Both the position numbers and the translations under genes were made by a program. Positions 62,063 to 64,000 of a DNA stretch of 64,000 nt are shown here, one piece after another. This DNA is from Vicugna vicugna (Eukaryota). Location: assembly GCA_013265495.1 (NCBI GenBank), contig MU063155.1, positions 62,001-126,000 of the forward strand, written 5' to 3'. A model generated the notes under the pieces. The model had not been told where the DNA came from. It was given only the letters and a program-made list of their open reading frames with translations, and did not search any database. Numbering within the stretch: position 1 is the stretch's first letter; each line of letters opens with the position of its first letter.

Positions 62063-62681
62063 TCCTCTAGTATTTTCCTGATGCTCGTTTATGTACTTAT
62101 CCAGCCCCTTTGGGCATGTGAGATCCTGACTGCCTCAGGTCCTGTCCCTGGGTTCTCTGTCCCTTCATCCTGGTAGCAAGTGCAGTTGTAGGAAACTGAC
62201 TCAATTCACTTTCACAAAGCCCTTGGGATAGACGAGCTTATGAGAACAGCAATTACCGTGTGCCTTGAACTGCACGGAGAAAAAGGGTTAAGAGTGAGGA
62301 CACGGGCAGACGGCCACGGGCCTTTGGCTTCCGATGCTTATCACATGTCTGCTTCTGGGTCCGTGTACTCTCAGACCACTCCTGACCCTCTCTCGGGCAA
62401 CTCCTGTGTTTCCACAGATGTGCCTCCCATCCGGTGCCACCCCACCTCATGTGGATCCCTGTGGCTCATATGCCACCCTTTCCCTGGCAGAAAGGAAATT
62501 CTAAGCTTGAGGACCAAGCTGAGTTTCTTAAGCTTGACAGCCTTGTGTTACCGGTGAAGCCTAAAGCTTATTGAATTTGGGGAAGACAGAGGTAGCTTGT
62601 TTTTACGCCTCTGGGGAATGGGGCTGAGGGAGCCTCAGAGCAAGGACCTCGTTTTCCTGATCCCTTTATTGTCCTCTCCAG

Positions 62682-62774
62682 ACCTCCAGTGAGGAGTGCA
62701 GGAGCCTCAGGGGCCAGCTGGAGGAGCGAGGCCGGCAACTGCAGGCCGCTGAGGAGGCTGTGGAGAAGCTGAAG
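62682..62774 (+). CDS. FYCO1: FYCO1 exon 9 ([31 protein letters not shown])
   Basis: 93 nt, ctccag/gtaggc boundaries, phase 0-0. Confidence 0.95.
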
Positions 62775-63487
62775 GTAGGCTCGGGCCCCCGAGGCCCAGG
62801 GGAAGTGCTCCTGCGGGCCCTGAGCAGCGGCCGGCCCACCTTCTGCCTAATCATTCCGCTCCCAAGGTGTGGACCTGCCAGGGGACGGGATCTGGCTTGG
62901 CTTTCACTGGAACATCAGAGCAGGCTCCCTGTAGGATTTCCAGTGCCCCAACGGAAGCTGTCATTAGCTTACCTTTGTAGACACCCTGGGTCTGTGTCAT
63001 GGTCCTTCCCCCACCGGACACCTGGCTGGAGCTGCCAAGTGTGGTTTTTCACCAGCCCCTGTGTCTTATGGAAAGGAAAGAAGTTGTCCCCTTTAGTCGT
63101 TTCTGCAGATACTCTCTGCAGTCAGCAATTCTGACCTGAGCTAGAGCCGGAGAGGCATTGAAACCTGTCTTCAGGGCAGTGACCTTTGTCAATGAACCCT
63201 GCTGCCTGCCATCCCACCTCCACTCCCACCTTGGAGATTTGGACACCTGCTGCCCCTCCAGCCACTACAACCCGTTGCACTTGATGCTTGAGGGGCATAA
63301 CTACAAGTAGGAGTCTGTCCCACTCCTCACACATGCTAGTTCTTGGTCTGTTGGACTTAAAAACAAACAAAAGCCCCTCCTGTTAGAAGTGACCCAGCCA
63401 GGTGATGTGGAGGGTAGGCCAGTCACTCGATGGCATCCTGCACGGTCTTCTGCAGCTGAGCATCTTCTCGCTGCTGTCCCATGCCAG

Positions 63488-63606
63488 GCTGCCCAGGCAG
63501 ACATGGGAGAGCAGCTGAGCCGCACCAGCAAGCACCTCGCAGAGTGCCGGGCCGCCGTGCTGAGGAAGGACGAGGAGGGGGCTGCCCTGCGCCGTGACTT
63601 GGACAG
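63488..63606 (+). CDS. FYCO1: FYCO1 exon 10 ([40 protein letters not shown]); gene continues past the window
   Basis: 119 nt, gccag/gttagt boundaries. Matches human [40 protein letters not shown]. Confidence 0.95.
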
Positions 63607-64000
63607 GTTAGTGACGCAACGCGGTCCGCCCACACGGCTGGGGTTAGAGTTTTCAAGGAAGAGGGTGTTTGGTGCAGTCATTTAGAAAGTCAGCCACGCA
63701 CGTCAGGTTAAAGGAGTCCTTTTGCAAGAAAAGCCACAGACTCAGAAAGTGCTTATGCCAGAGCACGCCCCATGGGCCTTGGCGGTCTGCTTGTCTCAGC
63801 CCCAAGAAAGCTGTGGAACCCCCTCAATCCCATCATCTCATCTCCAGCAGGGCATATTGTAGTTCACTAACTTCATGCTCTGGAAAAACTGAAGTGGAAT
63901 AAAAATTGGGATATAATCATGGTACTCATAACAGCACATATTTAAATAATGCCTAAAATGTGGCAGGTACCATTTTGACTACTTGTATTTATTTACCCAT

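Overview
Mammalian genomic DNA, not a prokaryotic accessory region. A tRNA-derived SINE of the vic-1 type, together with no recognisable Alu, BovB or PRE-1 elements, suggests a camelid (inference). The window is the XCR1-FYCO1 segment of the chemokine-receptor cluster orthologous to human 3p21.31. On the + strand it holds the complete 333-aa XCR1 coding exon (22044-23045) with a probable non-coding first exon ending at 18990. It also holds the 5' part of FYCO1: a CpG-island promoter near 33.8-34.4 kb, a probable non-coding exon 1, and nine GT-AG coding exons that join in frame (3254 nt; RUN domain plus the long coiled coil). The FYVE, LIR and GOLD exons and the nested CXCR6 lie beyond the window. 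Much of the remainder is interspersed repeats (L1, L2, MIR, MLT1, MER21, hAT MERs, two ERV-type LTRs), plus five N gaps. I find no new multi-gene system. The best leads are post-transcriptional: (1) a perfect-Kozak uORF in frame with FYCO1 and separated from it by one TGA; (2) a UGA-CGG stop in XCR1 followed by 76 open codons; (3) tandem splice acceptors that control an overlapping uORF in XCR1 and an immediate stop in FYCO1 exon 9; (4) a long MER96-type hairpin; (5) a young solo LTR upstream of XCR1; (6) a clustered ZNF143/THAP11 promoter. Repeat family names and human comparisons are from memory, and most repeat boundaries are approximate.
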